NCBI GenBank assembly: GCA_030749415.1
Contig: JASMKC010000045.1
Span: forward strand, 5,897 to 69,896
DNA: 64,000 nucleotides
DNA from: Myxococcota bacterium
GTDB taxonomy: Bacteria > Myxococcota_A > UBA9160 > SMWR01
Reading direction: 5' to 3'
The notes beneath the pieces were generated by a model, which saw only the letters and a program-made list of their open reading frames with translations, had not been told where the DNA came from and did no database searches. The position numbers and the translations under genes were made by a program. Below, one piece after another: positions 49,171 to 57,758 of the stretch (positions within the stretch are counted from its first letter, which is position 1; each line of letters begins with the position of its first letter).

Positions 49171-49353
49171 ACTTCCGGTTCGCTCGATGAAGTCGAGCAC
49201 GACCCGGGCGAACTCCTCGCCCCGGTCCTCCTGCACGAAGTGTCCGGCCCCGCGGATCGTCACGTGTGGCTGGTCCTTCGCGCCCGGGACGCGCTCGCGG
49301 AAGCGGGTCTCGAAACCGCGGGTGGCAGGGTCGCCGTCGCTGAAGGCCGTCAG
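49168..49353 (-). pseudogene. Haloalkane dehalogenase-like C-terminal remnant
   Basis: LTAFSDGDPATRGFETRFRERVPGAKDQPHVTIRGAGHFVQEDRGEEFARVVLDFI*; begins at the codon right after the COMT-like stop. Confidence 0.75.
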
Positions 49354-50031
49354 TCAGGCCCCGTGGTAGGTCGATATCTCCACGGCATCTTCGATCTCGG
49401 TGTATTCCACCGTCGACACCATGCTGCGGTTGTCGTAGTGGCCGCAGTTGCGAACGTAGGCGAGGTATTCGTCGGCACCGAACAACGGCCCGACATTGTC
49501 CGCGAACACGACGCTGCCCTCGCGCAGGAGACCCGAGGACTCGATGGCCTGAAGATCCGGCTTGTAGAGATCCTTCCAGTGGTCGAGAAAGACCAGGTCG
49601 AAGAAACCCTCGAGAGTGGGGATGACTTCACTCGACTTTCCGTAGACCACGTCGACCCGGTTGGCGAGGCCGGCAACCTCGAGAATTCCGGTAGCGGCGT
49701 TCGTCGAGATCTCACTGGATTCAATGGAAGTGAGGTGCCCGGCCCCTTCGAGGCCTTTGGCCATCAGGATCGCCGAGTAACCGCAGTAGCAACCCAGTTC
49801 GAGGATGCGCGCTGCCACTCCCGCGGCGGCTACTTCTGCCTCGAGAAGTTTCCCCTTCACCGGCCCCACGTTGATGAGGAACCCGTGGTTCATGGCGAAA
49901 TCGTCGAGCGTGGAGAGCACATTGTCGGGATCACCTGCTCGGGCGTGTTCCCGCACGTAGGCGAGGGCCTCGGCGGGTCTCTCCTCGAGCCCGTCGAGCT
50001 TTCCTTCGAGTTGCTTCCACGCGTCTTTCAT
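49354..50031 (-). CDS. Catechol O-methyltransferase-like SAM-dependent methyltransferase
   Basis: INVGPVKG, ILELGCYCGYSA, DLVFLDHWKDLY, FADNV. Confidence 0.85.
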   Translation of the reverse strand: MKDAWKQLEGKLDGLEERPAEALAYVREHARAGDPDNVLSTLDDFAMNHGFLINVGPVKGKLLEAEVAAAGVAARILELGCYCGYSAILMAKGLEGAGHLTSIESSEISTNAATGILEVAGLANRVDVVYGKSSEVIPTLEGFFDLVFLDHWKDLYKPDLQAIESSGLLREGSVVFADNVGPLFGADEYLAYVRNCGHYDNRSMVSTVEYTEIEDAVEISTYHGA

Positions 50032-50164
50032 GTCGGGGCTCCCATTGCTTGCTCGTGCTGGGTGATTATCGCGCAGGGGTATTCTGCACGCTCCGCCCTT
50101 CTGTGGCGAGATCTGCTTGACCTCGAGAGTCTCCGCCGCGATGCTGGATCGCTGGAGGAAGCCC

Positions 50165-51184
50165 ATGACGACGACCTATCACGATCAGGATGCCGACCCC
50201 GGGGCCATCCGAGGGGAGCGCGTGGCGATTCTCGGCTACGGCAACCAGGGGAGCGCCCAGGCGCGCAACCTGCGCGACTCGGGGGTCGACGTGATCGTCG
50301 GCAACACCGACGATCCCTACCGCGAGGAGGCGCTCGCCGAGGGCTTCGAGGTGCTCCCGATCGCCGAGGCCAGTGCCCGCGCCGACATCCTGCTCCTGCT
50401 CATTCCAGACGAGGTCATGCCGGAGGTCTACGAGAAGGAAGTGGCCCCTCACCTCACCGAGGGCAACCTGCTCGATTTCGCGCACGGCTACAACGTGGGC
50501 TTCGACCTGATCGTGCCGCCGCCCTTTGTCGACGTGGTGTTCATCGCACCGCGAATGATCGGTGCCGGTGTGCGCGACGGTTACGTGTCGGGGGAGGGCT
50601 TCGCGAGCTTCGTGGGCGTGCATCAGGATGCCACGGGCCGGGCGAAGGAGCGCATGCTCGGGCTGGCCCACGCGCTGGGCTCGACCCGGGGGGGGTGCCT
50701 GGAGATGACCATGAAGCAGGAGGCCACCCTCGACCTGTTCACCGAGCAGGCCTTCGGCCCCGCCTTCGGCAGCGTCTACCAGTCGTGTGTCGAGGTTCTC
50801 GTGGAAGCGGGTTATCCGCCCGAGGCGGTGATGATGGAGCTGATGCTCTCGGGGGAGATGGCCTACAGCCTGCTCAAGATCCGCGAAATCGGCTCCCTCG
50901 CCCAGCACGAGTTGCACTCGCACACGAGCCAGTATGGGACGCTGTCACGCAGCCAGCGCTACAACGACGCCAAACCGCTGTTGCGCGAGCAGATGAAGGC
51001 CACCGTCGAGGAGATCGAGTCCGGCGCGTTTGCCAAGGAGTGGTCGACGGGCCGAGAGGACAAGATCTCGATGCTGGAGAAGATTCGCGAGATCCGGAAG
51101 GACCACCCGATGACGCGCTGGGAGGAGTCGACGCGGCGCATCTTCCGGATTGGCGATGCAGCCGGGGACGACCCGACTCCCTAG
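50165..51184 (+). CDS. ilvC: Ketol-acid reductoisomerase-like (short, divergent)
   Basis: GGAGGA RBS; ILGYGNQGSAQARNLRDSG, LLIPDE, FAHGYN, DLFTEQ, HSHTSQYG. Confidence 0.82.
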   Translation: MTTTYHDQDADPGAIRGERVAILGYGNQGSAQARNLRDSGVDVIVGNTDDPYREEALAEGFEVLPIAEASARADILLLLIPDEVMPEVYEKEVAPHLTEGNLLDFAHGYNVGFDLIVPPPFVDVVFIAPRMIGAGVRDGYVSGEGFASFVGVHQDATGRAKERMLGLAHALGSTRGGCLEMTMKQEATLDLFTEQAFGPAFGSVYQSCVEVLVEAGYPPEAVMMELMLSGEMAYSLLKIREIGSLAQHELHSHTSQYGTLSRSQRYNDAKPLLREQMKATVEEIESGAFAKEWSTGREDKISMLEKIREIRKDHPMTRWEESTRRIFRIGDAAGDDPTP

Positions 51185-51316
51185 CTGCGCTGCGCGGTTG
51201 GCCGCGTGCAGGTGAACCACGCGGAATCTCTCCCCGACGATCCGCGGCGAGTCGCACCGGGGGTGGGTCAGGCGGCCGGAACCGAAACCCGAAGCATTGG
51301 CGATCCGGAAAGCCTT

Positions 51317-53428
51317 TCATTGCTCGAAGGCAACCGTCAAGCCGATGTCGAAGTTGCGCGCTGCCGACGGGTAGTAGCCCGTAACCCCAGCCCAGTCCAG
51401 AGCGGCAAACTGCGAATACTTTTCTCCATTCAGGTTTTGAACCTGGAAGAAGAGCGTGATGTGATAACGGCCCAGGATCTTCTTTCCGATCCGGCCGTGC
51501 AGATCGACGGTGCCGTAAGTCGGCAGCTTCGATTTCTCGTTCAGAAGATCGTTCGCCACAAAACGCGGACCTACGATATTCGCGTTCACACCGAGTTCTG
51601 TCCCGTCGAACCAAGGCACCGGCAGGAAGAAGTTCATCCCCGCCGTTCCACGGTATTCCGGCGTGATCGGCAAACGCTTGCCATCCACCGCAGAATTCGC
51701 CGTGTAGCGCCTGATTTCAGTATTGTCGTAGGTGAAGTTCGCGTAGACATCGACCCAGGTCCACGGTTGGTAATCAACCGATACCTCGACCCCGCGATGC
51801 CGGACACGATCGATATTCTGGTTCTGAAACGCAATGGGGTCGAAAAGAAGCTCGTCATCCACCGTCATGGTGTAGAAAGTGAGTCCCGCCTGCACCTGGC
51901 GGTTGCGAAATTTCGCCCCGATCTCGTAGGACGTGGAACGCTCGGGCTCGAGGACGGTCGCCCGGCTGCCGTAGACGGGGTAGATCTCGTCGAAATTCGG
52001 GAAGCGCAACCCGCGGTTGTACGAAAAGTAGATAGAGAACGGATCGAACGGGCGCCACGTAATCGCGGCCTTCGGGCTCCATTGATCGTAGGTCTCGCGG
52101 CTGTGGTTTCCGAGCGTCTGATCCTTCTCGCGATAATGCGCTTTGTCGTAACGAAAGCCACCCGAAACGTGGAGTCGCTCGAAGACTTCGAGCTCCTCCT
52201 GGACGTAGGCACTCCCGATACTGCGGCGGTTTCGAGACTCGTTCGCCCCGGGCTGTGACCCGATTGGCCCGCGCTTGTCGAGATCGAGCAACCACTCACC
52301 ACCGACGACCAGGCGGTTACGCAGAGGACCGAGGGGGCGATCCACCTCGAACTGGCCGTTGACTGTTGTCGTCGAGGTGGTGGAATCCTGGGTCCAGCTG
52401 AATCCGCTCCCGACGACCTCGCTCTGCTGATTCCACTGCCTCCAGGTCGGCTGCAACTTGAAGACGATACCCTCGCTGGCCCTCCATTCGACGACACCCT
52501 GGGCAAACCCCGTCTGCACATCGTATCTGTCGACGAGGATATCCGGGTCGGCCGCCCTCCGACCCCACTGGTCGATCTCCGCCTGGGTGAGCGCCCCGGG
52601 AAACTTCCGCCTGTCCTCGCCATAGCCTCCCTCGATGTCGATCACGAGGCTTTCGCCCAGGCTGTAGCGGAGATTTCCCTTCGCTTTGCCGGTCGTAAAA
52701 TCGCTGCGCTCGCGGTAGCCGTCGGCGGTGTAGCCGTCGATGAAAAGCGACCCCGAAAAGTCGCTGACGCTGCCACCGGCAAAGAGGCTGCCCTGGCCCA
52801 TGCCGTAGCTGCCCCCCCGTCCCGTGGCGTTGAACTGGAGCCCTTTGTCGGAGCGTCGCGTAAAGATCTCGATCACGCCGCCGATCGCGTTGTCTCCGTA
52901 CACGGCACTCGCAGGGCCGCGAACGATTTCGATGCGCTCGACGTCATCGATCCGCATCAGGGCCCAGTCGGTATTTCCAGTTTGTGGCAAGTTCGCACGA
53001 CGGCCGTCGATGAGCACCAGGGTTCGCGACCCGTTTCCGCCCCCGTTGTTGAAGCCGCGGAGCTCGAGGTCGATACCAGTAGGGTTCGAGCCGTTCTTGT
53101 TCGTCACGAAGACACCCACCTGACGGCGGAGCAACTCGGGAACGGTATTCACACCACTCTCGAGAATTTCCTCGCGGGTAATGATGGTGATGTTGCCGGG
53201 CTGGTCGAGAACGGCGCGCTCGGCCCGGGCGGCGGTGACAGAGACCTCGTCGACCTGGATGAGCGGCGGCTCAACCGGCGGCGGGGCGGCGGCGCCATCA
53301 GCAGCCTCACTCTCGCCATCCGGCGCGGTCTCCCCCCCTGTTTCAGAGGCCGCGACTCCAGCCGAGAACATGAGAATCAGCCCGCATGCGAGGCTTGCGT
53401 GTGCACCGCGGGAAAGAATTCTTCGCAT
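51317..53428 (-). CDS. TonB-dependent receptor, probable cobalamin uptake (BtuB-like)
   Basis: Signal peptide; VSVTAARAE, LIDGRR, ERIEIVRGPASAVYGDNAIGGVIEIFT plug; beta-barrel pattern; downstream of a B12 riboswitch. Confidence 0.88.
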   Translation of the reverse strand: MRRILSRGAHASLACGLILMFSAGVAASETGGETAPDGESEAADGAAAPPPVEPPLIQVDEVSVTAARAERAVLDQPGNITIITREEILESGVNTVPELLRRQVGVFVTNKNGSNPTGIDLELRGFNNGGGNGSRTLVLIDGRRANLPQTGNTDWALMRIDDVERIEIVRGPASAVYGDNAIGGVIEIFTRRSDKGLQFNATGRGGSYGMGQGSLFAGGSVSDFSGSLFIDGYTADGYRERSDFTTGKAKGNLRYSLGESLVIDIEGGYGEDRRKFPGALTQAEIDQWGRRAADPDILVDRYDVQTGFAQGVVEWRASEGIVFKLQPTWRQWNQQSEVVGSGFSWTQDSTTSTTTVNGQFEVDRPLGPLRNRLVVGGEWLLDLDKRGPIGSQPGANESRNRRSIGSAYVQEELEVFERLHVSGGFRYDKAHYREKDQTLGNHSRETYDQWSPKAAITWRPFDPFSIYFSYNRGLRFPNFDEIYPVYGSRATVLEPERSTSYEIGAKFRNRQVQAGLTFYTMTVDDELLFDPIAFQNQNIDRVRHRGVEVSVDYQPWTWVDVYANFTYDNTEIRRYTANSAVDGKRLPITPEYRGTAGMNFFLPVPWFDGTELGVNANIVGPRFVANDLLNEKSKLPTYGTVDLHGRIGKKILGRYHITLFFQVQNLNGEKYSQFAALDWAGVTGYYPSAARNFDIGLTVAFEQ

Positions 53429-53558
53429 CCTGAAACTCCCGGCCCCGATTCGCGCGGGACGGCGCTTCACCTGGCGAAGGCCGAGCCCCGCTTCCAACCC
53501 GGGTGGGATGCGAAATGGGTGACAGCCTGTGCGCGAGGCCTCAATTTTCCAATCGAGA

Positions 53559-53775
53559 GGCAGGTCTTCCGGCTCAGGGTTTCCGACCGACCCACCTTCC
53601 CGCCCGGCCCCTTGCAGGCCCGACAGTGGCTTCCGAGTCGATCGCCGTCCGTGAGGACACCCATTACGGCGGCGCGTCCGCGGGGGAATCGAGGCCGGCA
53701 GTCCCCGGCGCTCTCACCCCTCTTCCCTTTTCACCCGCGCCGGCGCAAGCACCGGCACGGGAAACCTTTCGAATC
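53559..53775 (-). ncRNA. Cobalamin riboswitch
   Basis: Minus strand in order: AAAGGTTTCCC, GAAAAGGGAA, GGTGAGA, GCGCCGCCGTAA, GCCACTG, GGGAAGG, AGCCGGAAGACCTGCC. Confidence 0.87.
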
Positions 53776-53783
53776 CGTCGAGG

Positions 53784-53812
53784 ACCCTACGCAGCACCCG
53801 CCCCAATGTCAA
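53784..53812 (-). promoter_or_regulatory. Sigma70-type promoter for the riboswitch/TonB transcript
   Basis: TTGACA-17 bp-TAGGGT on the minus strand just upstream of the riboswitch. Confidence 0.55.
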
Positions 53813-54012
53813 TCAGCGGTCCTGGCAGGTGCGCGATGCGGCCCGGATGATTCCGAGTGGCCCTATGCGAGTACCGCGCAGGATCGTCGAAGAGACCCGG
53901 TGTCTCAACGAAAATTCAGCCGGGAGGCGCTGGCTCCATGGCCCGTCCGAACTTGCGGTGAAACTCGTTCGGCCCGTCCGTCGGTCCCTCGACCCCGTCC
54001 GCTGTCACGGCT

Positions 54013-55293
54013 TCAGCCGCGGTCCTGCGGCGGGCTCTGGGGCAAGCGCCATGCCGACACCGAGCTCACGATGCCGACCGCGAGCAGAAAGAGCGCCGGC
54101 GAAAGGGGCTCGCCCGTGCGTTGTACGAGCCCGCTGCAGACGAGCGGCGCGAGCCCCCCGAGAAATGCCTGGGGCACGTTGTACCCGAGCCCCATGGCGC
54201 TGGTGCGCAACGCCACCGGAAACAGCCGCGCGAGCACCACGGAAGGCTGCAGCAGCCCCAAGAGGGCACCGACGCCCATCTGCGCCAGCATGGCGCCAGC
54301 CAGCGTTCCGGAATCGAGGAGCGCAATCCCGGGAACCATGGCGGCGGTCAACGCCGCCACGACTCCGACATAGAGGCGCTTGTAACCGACCACGTCGCTG
54401 AGCCACCCGCCGAAGGGAGTGAGCACCGCCAATGTCACGAGACCAGCCGTATTGGCGAGCATCGCACTGCGGGCATCGAGACCCAGGTGGGACTGCGCAT
54501 AGCCGGGCGCCCAGATGAAAAACACCGTGAACGTGACCGTGCTGATTCCGACCGCCCCCATCATCAGCGCGATGCGCCGCGGAACGCTGCGAATGGCGGC
54601 GTGAATCGGATGCGCCGCTCGCCGGTCGCTTTCAGCCAGCTCGACGAAGGCGGGCGACTCGCGAATCACACGGCGAACCCAGACCCCAAAGAACGCGAGC
54701 ACGCCGCCCAAAAGGTATGGAATCCGCCAGGCCCAGCTCTGCCAGCCGCCGTCCCCGAAGCTGCTGTGCACGAGAAGAACGACACCAGAGCCGAGCGCGA
54801 GACCGAGCGAGATGGTCACCAGTCCGAAACTCGACCGAAAACCCTGACGGTGGGATTCGGACGATTCGACCAGGAAGATCATCGAACTCACCCACTCGCC
54901 CCCGACCGAAAGCCCCTGAATCACACGCAACACGATCAAGAGCGCAGTCGCCCAGATTCCGAGCACGTCCACGCCCGGAAGCAGTCCGATCCCCAACGTG
55001 GGAATCACCATCAACCAGATCGAAAGTGTGAGCGAGCGCCTGCGCCCAAAGCGATCGCCTACCCACCCGAAGAAGATCCCACCGAGCGGCCGCGCCAGAA
55101 AGCCGGCCGCGAACGTCGCGAATACCCGGATCAATCCCGCGCCGCCATCGTGCGTGGGAAAGAACTGCTCCGAGAAAACGGCTGCCGTCAGGCCGAATAG
55201 CGCGAAGTCGTACCATTCGAGCAGGTTTCCGATAGACGCCGCCAGTGTCTGGCGCCAGCGCCCCCCCCGGTCTCCGAGCTCCCGGGGCCTCAC
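54013..55293 (-). CDS. MFS transporter, MHS (ProP-like) family
   Basis: GNLLEWYDFALFG, GWVGDRFGRRRSL, RVIQGLSVGGEW. Confidence 0.9.
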   Translation of the reverse strand: MRPRELGDRGGRWRQTLAASIGNLLEWYDFALFGLTAAVFSEQFFPTHDGGAGLIRVFATFAAGFLARPLGGIFFGWVGDRFGRRRSLTLSIWLMVIPTLGIGLLPGVDVLGIWATALLIVLRVIQGLSVGGEWVSSMIFLVESSESHRQGFRSSFGLVTISLGLALGSGVVLLVHSSFGDGGWQSWAWRIPYLLGGVLAFFGVWVRRVIRESPAFVELAESDRRAAHPIHAAIRSVPRRIALMMGAVGISTVTFTVFFIWAPGYAQSHLGLDARSAMLANTAGLVTLAVLTPFGGWLSDVVGYKRLYVGVVAALTAAMVPGIALLDSGTLAGAMLAQMGVGALLGLLQPSVVLARLFPVALRTSAMGLGYNVPQAFLGGLAPLVCSGLVQRTGEPLSPALFLLAVGIVSSVSAWRLPQSPPQDRG

Positions 55294-55427
55294 CGCTGCG
55301 TGCCATGAGAGAACGGCTCATGCAGACCGGCCGCCCGCATCACTCCCGGGACCCAGGTTCTGGGCAACCTGCACTCGGCCGGCACCCGTGTCTTCGCAGG
55401 AATCGGCGCCTCTGAGCCGCGCAATCC

Positions 55428-56090
55428 ATGGGGAGTCGTGACATCGTAGACATCGAGACTCGGCCCTGGAAAGTCGGCTTCGACGATCCCGTGCTCGAAG
55501 CAGGCGGCATTGATCGGCCGTTGCTCCGCCGAGGCCACGGCTTCAGATACGACGGTCTCGATATCGACAAGAAGGAGCTGTGCCATACGATCTACGATCA
55601 TTTCTGGGTCCAGTCGATTGAACGATCCGTACCTGAGAATTATCAGATGATCATCTCGATGACATTGCTCGAGCACGTGCAGGACAACGCCGCCAGTGCA
55701 AAGAGCATGTTCGAAGCCCTGCTTCCGTCGGGAACCACCCACCACTACGTTCCGTCCCGATGGCACCCCTACGCGCTGATCCTCCGCCTAGTCGGCCCGA
55801 AGCTGCAGAAGCGCCTTATCACGTCGTTGCGCTCGGAGCAGGAAGCCAGCGTCTCTGGGTATCCGACGTTCTTCAACCAATGTACGTCACGCGCCATGCG
55901 ATTGACTTTCGAACGTGCGGGCTTCGAGGAAGTCGATATCCGGCCGTTCTATCGGGCCAATGGCTATTTCGCCTTCTTCGTACCCGCGTTCGTGCTCTTG
56001 ACGGCGTTCGAAACTCTCTGCAGATACGTCGACTGGTGGTACTTCGCCTCCGGCTTCATCATCAGCGGGCGGAAACCCGAATGCCGCTGA
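55428..56090 (+). CDS. Class I SAM-dependent methyltransferase
   Basis: VLEAGG, YDGLDID, SMTLLEHV, GYPTFF; the N-terminus may be eroded. Confidence 0.68.
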   Translation: MGSRDIVDIETRPWKVGFDDPVLEAGGIDRPLLRRGHGFRYDGLDIDKKELCHTIYDHFWVQSIERSVPENYQMIISMTLLEHVQDNAASAKSMFEALLPSGTTHHYVPSRWHPYALILRLVGPKLQKRLITSLRSEQEASVSGYPTFFNQCTSRAMRLTFERAGFEEVDIRPFYRANGYFAFFVPAFVLLTAFETLCRYVDWWYFASGFIISGRKPECR

Positions 56091-56139
56091 GAAGCTTCGA
56101 GCAGTCCAGGATAGAAGGTGGACTGCAGCTTGGGACGGG

Positions 56140-57513
56140 TCACTGGTCCTCGATATAGCCGAGTGCGCGCAGTCTCTCTCTTTCGACCTCGGACACTGTC
56201 TGCCGCTGAGACTTGAACGCGCGGCCCAGGGTGCCCCGAATCTTCTGGAACTCCCTCCGGAGCTCATCGAGCCGCCCGGGCTGCTCATGCGAGAGATCGG
56301 TCGAGTCGTCAGGCAGCCGATGGAGACGCTCCACGATCCCGGTCGACGAGGAAAGCACGACGTACTTCTCGTCTCCCGTCACCAAGGCGTAGCGCGCAGG
56401 ATTCGACCCGACGAGCGTCGAAAGCACCAGTGCGGGCTCTGCAGCGCTTCGAGAGAACAGATCCCGTCCCTCACTCGATGTCATTGTAATGCCGAGCAAC
56501 GACAAGAGAGTTGGCTTCACGTCGAGGAGGGAGGCGGTGTCACGTCTCCGCTCGCTCTTGCGTCCCGGAGCGCGGATCATCAGCGGGATGCGCACCACCG
56601 GTTCGCCCAGGGTCTCGCCGTGTGCGAACCAGTAGTCATCCTCGCCGAGACCTTCCCCATGGTCGGAGGCAAAGACGACAATCGCATTGTCGAGCGCCCC
56701 ACGCGATTGGAGACCTTCCAGCAGCGCGCTGATCTCGGCGTCGACGAATGCGACCTCTGCGTCGTAGCTCCCGCGGTAGAATCCCACCTCGCGTTCGTCT
56801 CCCAGTTGCTGGTAGTCTGGAATACCACCGATTCCAGAGACGGTTCGAGACATCGGAAGGCTCCGTCTACCGTCCGCGGCGGAGCGCGCCTCCTCGACCA
56901 ACGCATCGCGATAATACTCGGGCGGCGTATAGGGCCCGTGTGGATCCTGAAAGTGGGCCCAGAGAAAGACTGGAACCACATCCTCTCGCTTCAATTCGTC
57001 GAACACCGCGAGCGCAGCTTCGCGGGTCTTTTGAGCAGTCCGCTCGGGATGCTCTCGATTGAGTTCCAGTTGGGTGAACTGGTCATCGTACGCATCGAAT
57101 CCGCGATTGAAGCCGCTGGTGCGGCGCAGTGCGAAGTTGCTGACGACTGCCCCCGTCCGCCAGCCAGCCTCGCGCAACCGCTCCGCCAGTGTCGGAACTG
57201 CATCGGGGACGATGTCGAAATTCCCCATGACCCCCGTGACGAACGGGTGTCGCCCGGTGAGCAGACCGGATACAGAGGGTACGGTGTAGGGGACCGGTGC
57301 GTAGGCATTCTCGAAGACCACACTCTCGGCCGCCAGCCGATCGAGACCGGGTGTGAGCGCGCGACCACTGCCATAAGCACCGAGGCGATCTGCGCGAAGC
57401 GTGTCGACCGTAATGAGAAAGACGTTCGGGGAGTCCGGAGTCTCGACCTCGTTGCACCCGAAGGTCCCGATCAGCGTGGCGATTGCCCACAGTGCAACAA
57501 CCCGCCGTGTCAC
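56140..57513 (-). CDS. Sulfatase-fold hydrolase/transferase, probable lipoprotein
   Basis: Lipobox-like GTFGC; ITVDTLRADRL, YTVPSVSGLLTG, QDPHGPYTPP, SDHGEGLGE, VRIPLMIR; C-terminal LRALGYIEDQ. Confidence 0.88.
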   Translation of the reverse strand: MTRRVVALWAIATLIGTFGCNEVETPDSPNVFLITVDTLRADRLGAYGSGRALTPGLDRLAAESVVFENAYAPVPYTVPSVSGLLTGRHPFVTGVMGNFDIVPDAVPTLAERLREAGWRTGAVVSNFALRRTSGFNRGFDAYDDQFTQLELNREHPERTAQKTREAALAVFDELKREDVVPVFLWAHFQDPHGPYTPPEYYRDALVEEARSAADGRRSLPMSRTVSGIGGIPDYQQLGDEREVGFYRGSYDAEVAFVDAEISALLEGLQSRGALDNAIVVFASDHGEGLGEDDYWFAHGETLGEPVVRIPLMIRAPGRKSERRRDTASLLDVKPTLLSLLGITMTSSEGRDLFSRSAAEPALVLSTLVGSNPARYALVTGDEKYVVLSSSTGIVERLHRLPDDSTDLSHEQPGRLDELRREFQKIRGTLGRAFKSQRQTVSEVERERLRALGYIEDQ

Positions 57514-57612
57514 GCATCGGCTCCCGACAAACCCATCGATTGGTCGACTCTAGCGCGCTCGAGTTGAGCACGCCGAGACCACGGATGCGCTGCGGTGAGA
57601 GCAAACCCCGAA

Positions 57613-57744
57613 ATGGAGGCGGGGAAGAGCATCAAGACCGCGACCTCCTTCCGAGAGAACGTGACGGCCATCGTCGACATGGCTCACATCTCGAGACAAA
57701 ACGGGGCGACCATCGACGACATCTGCCATCTGACAGAGCGCGGA
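57613..57744 (+). pseudogene. Possible collapsed SGNH hydrolase remnant
   Basis: SFRENVTAIVDMAHISRQNGA abutting DDICHLTERG resembles SGNH block III-to-V fragments. Confidence 0.22.
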
Positions 57745-57758
57745 TCAAGCGGTTCACA

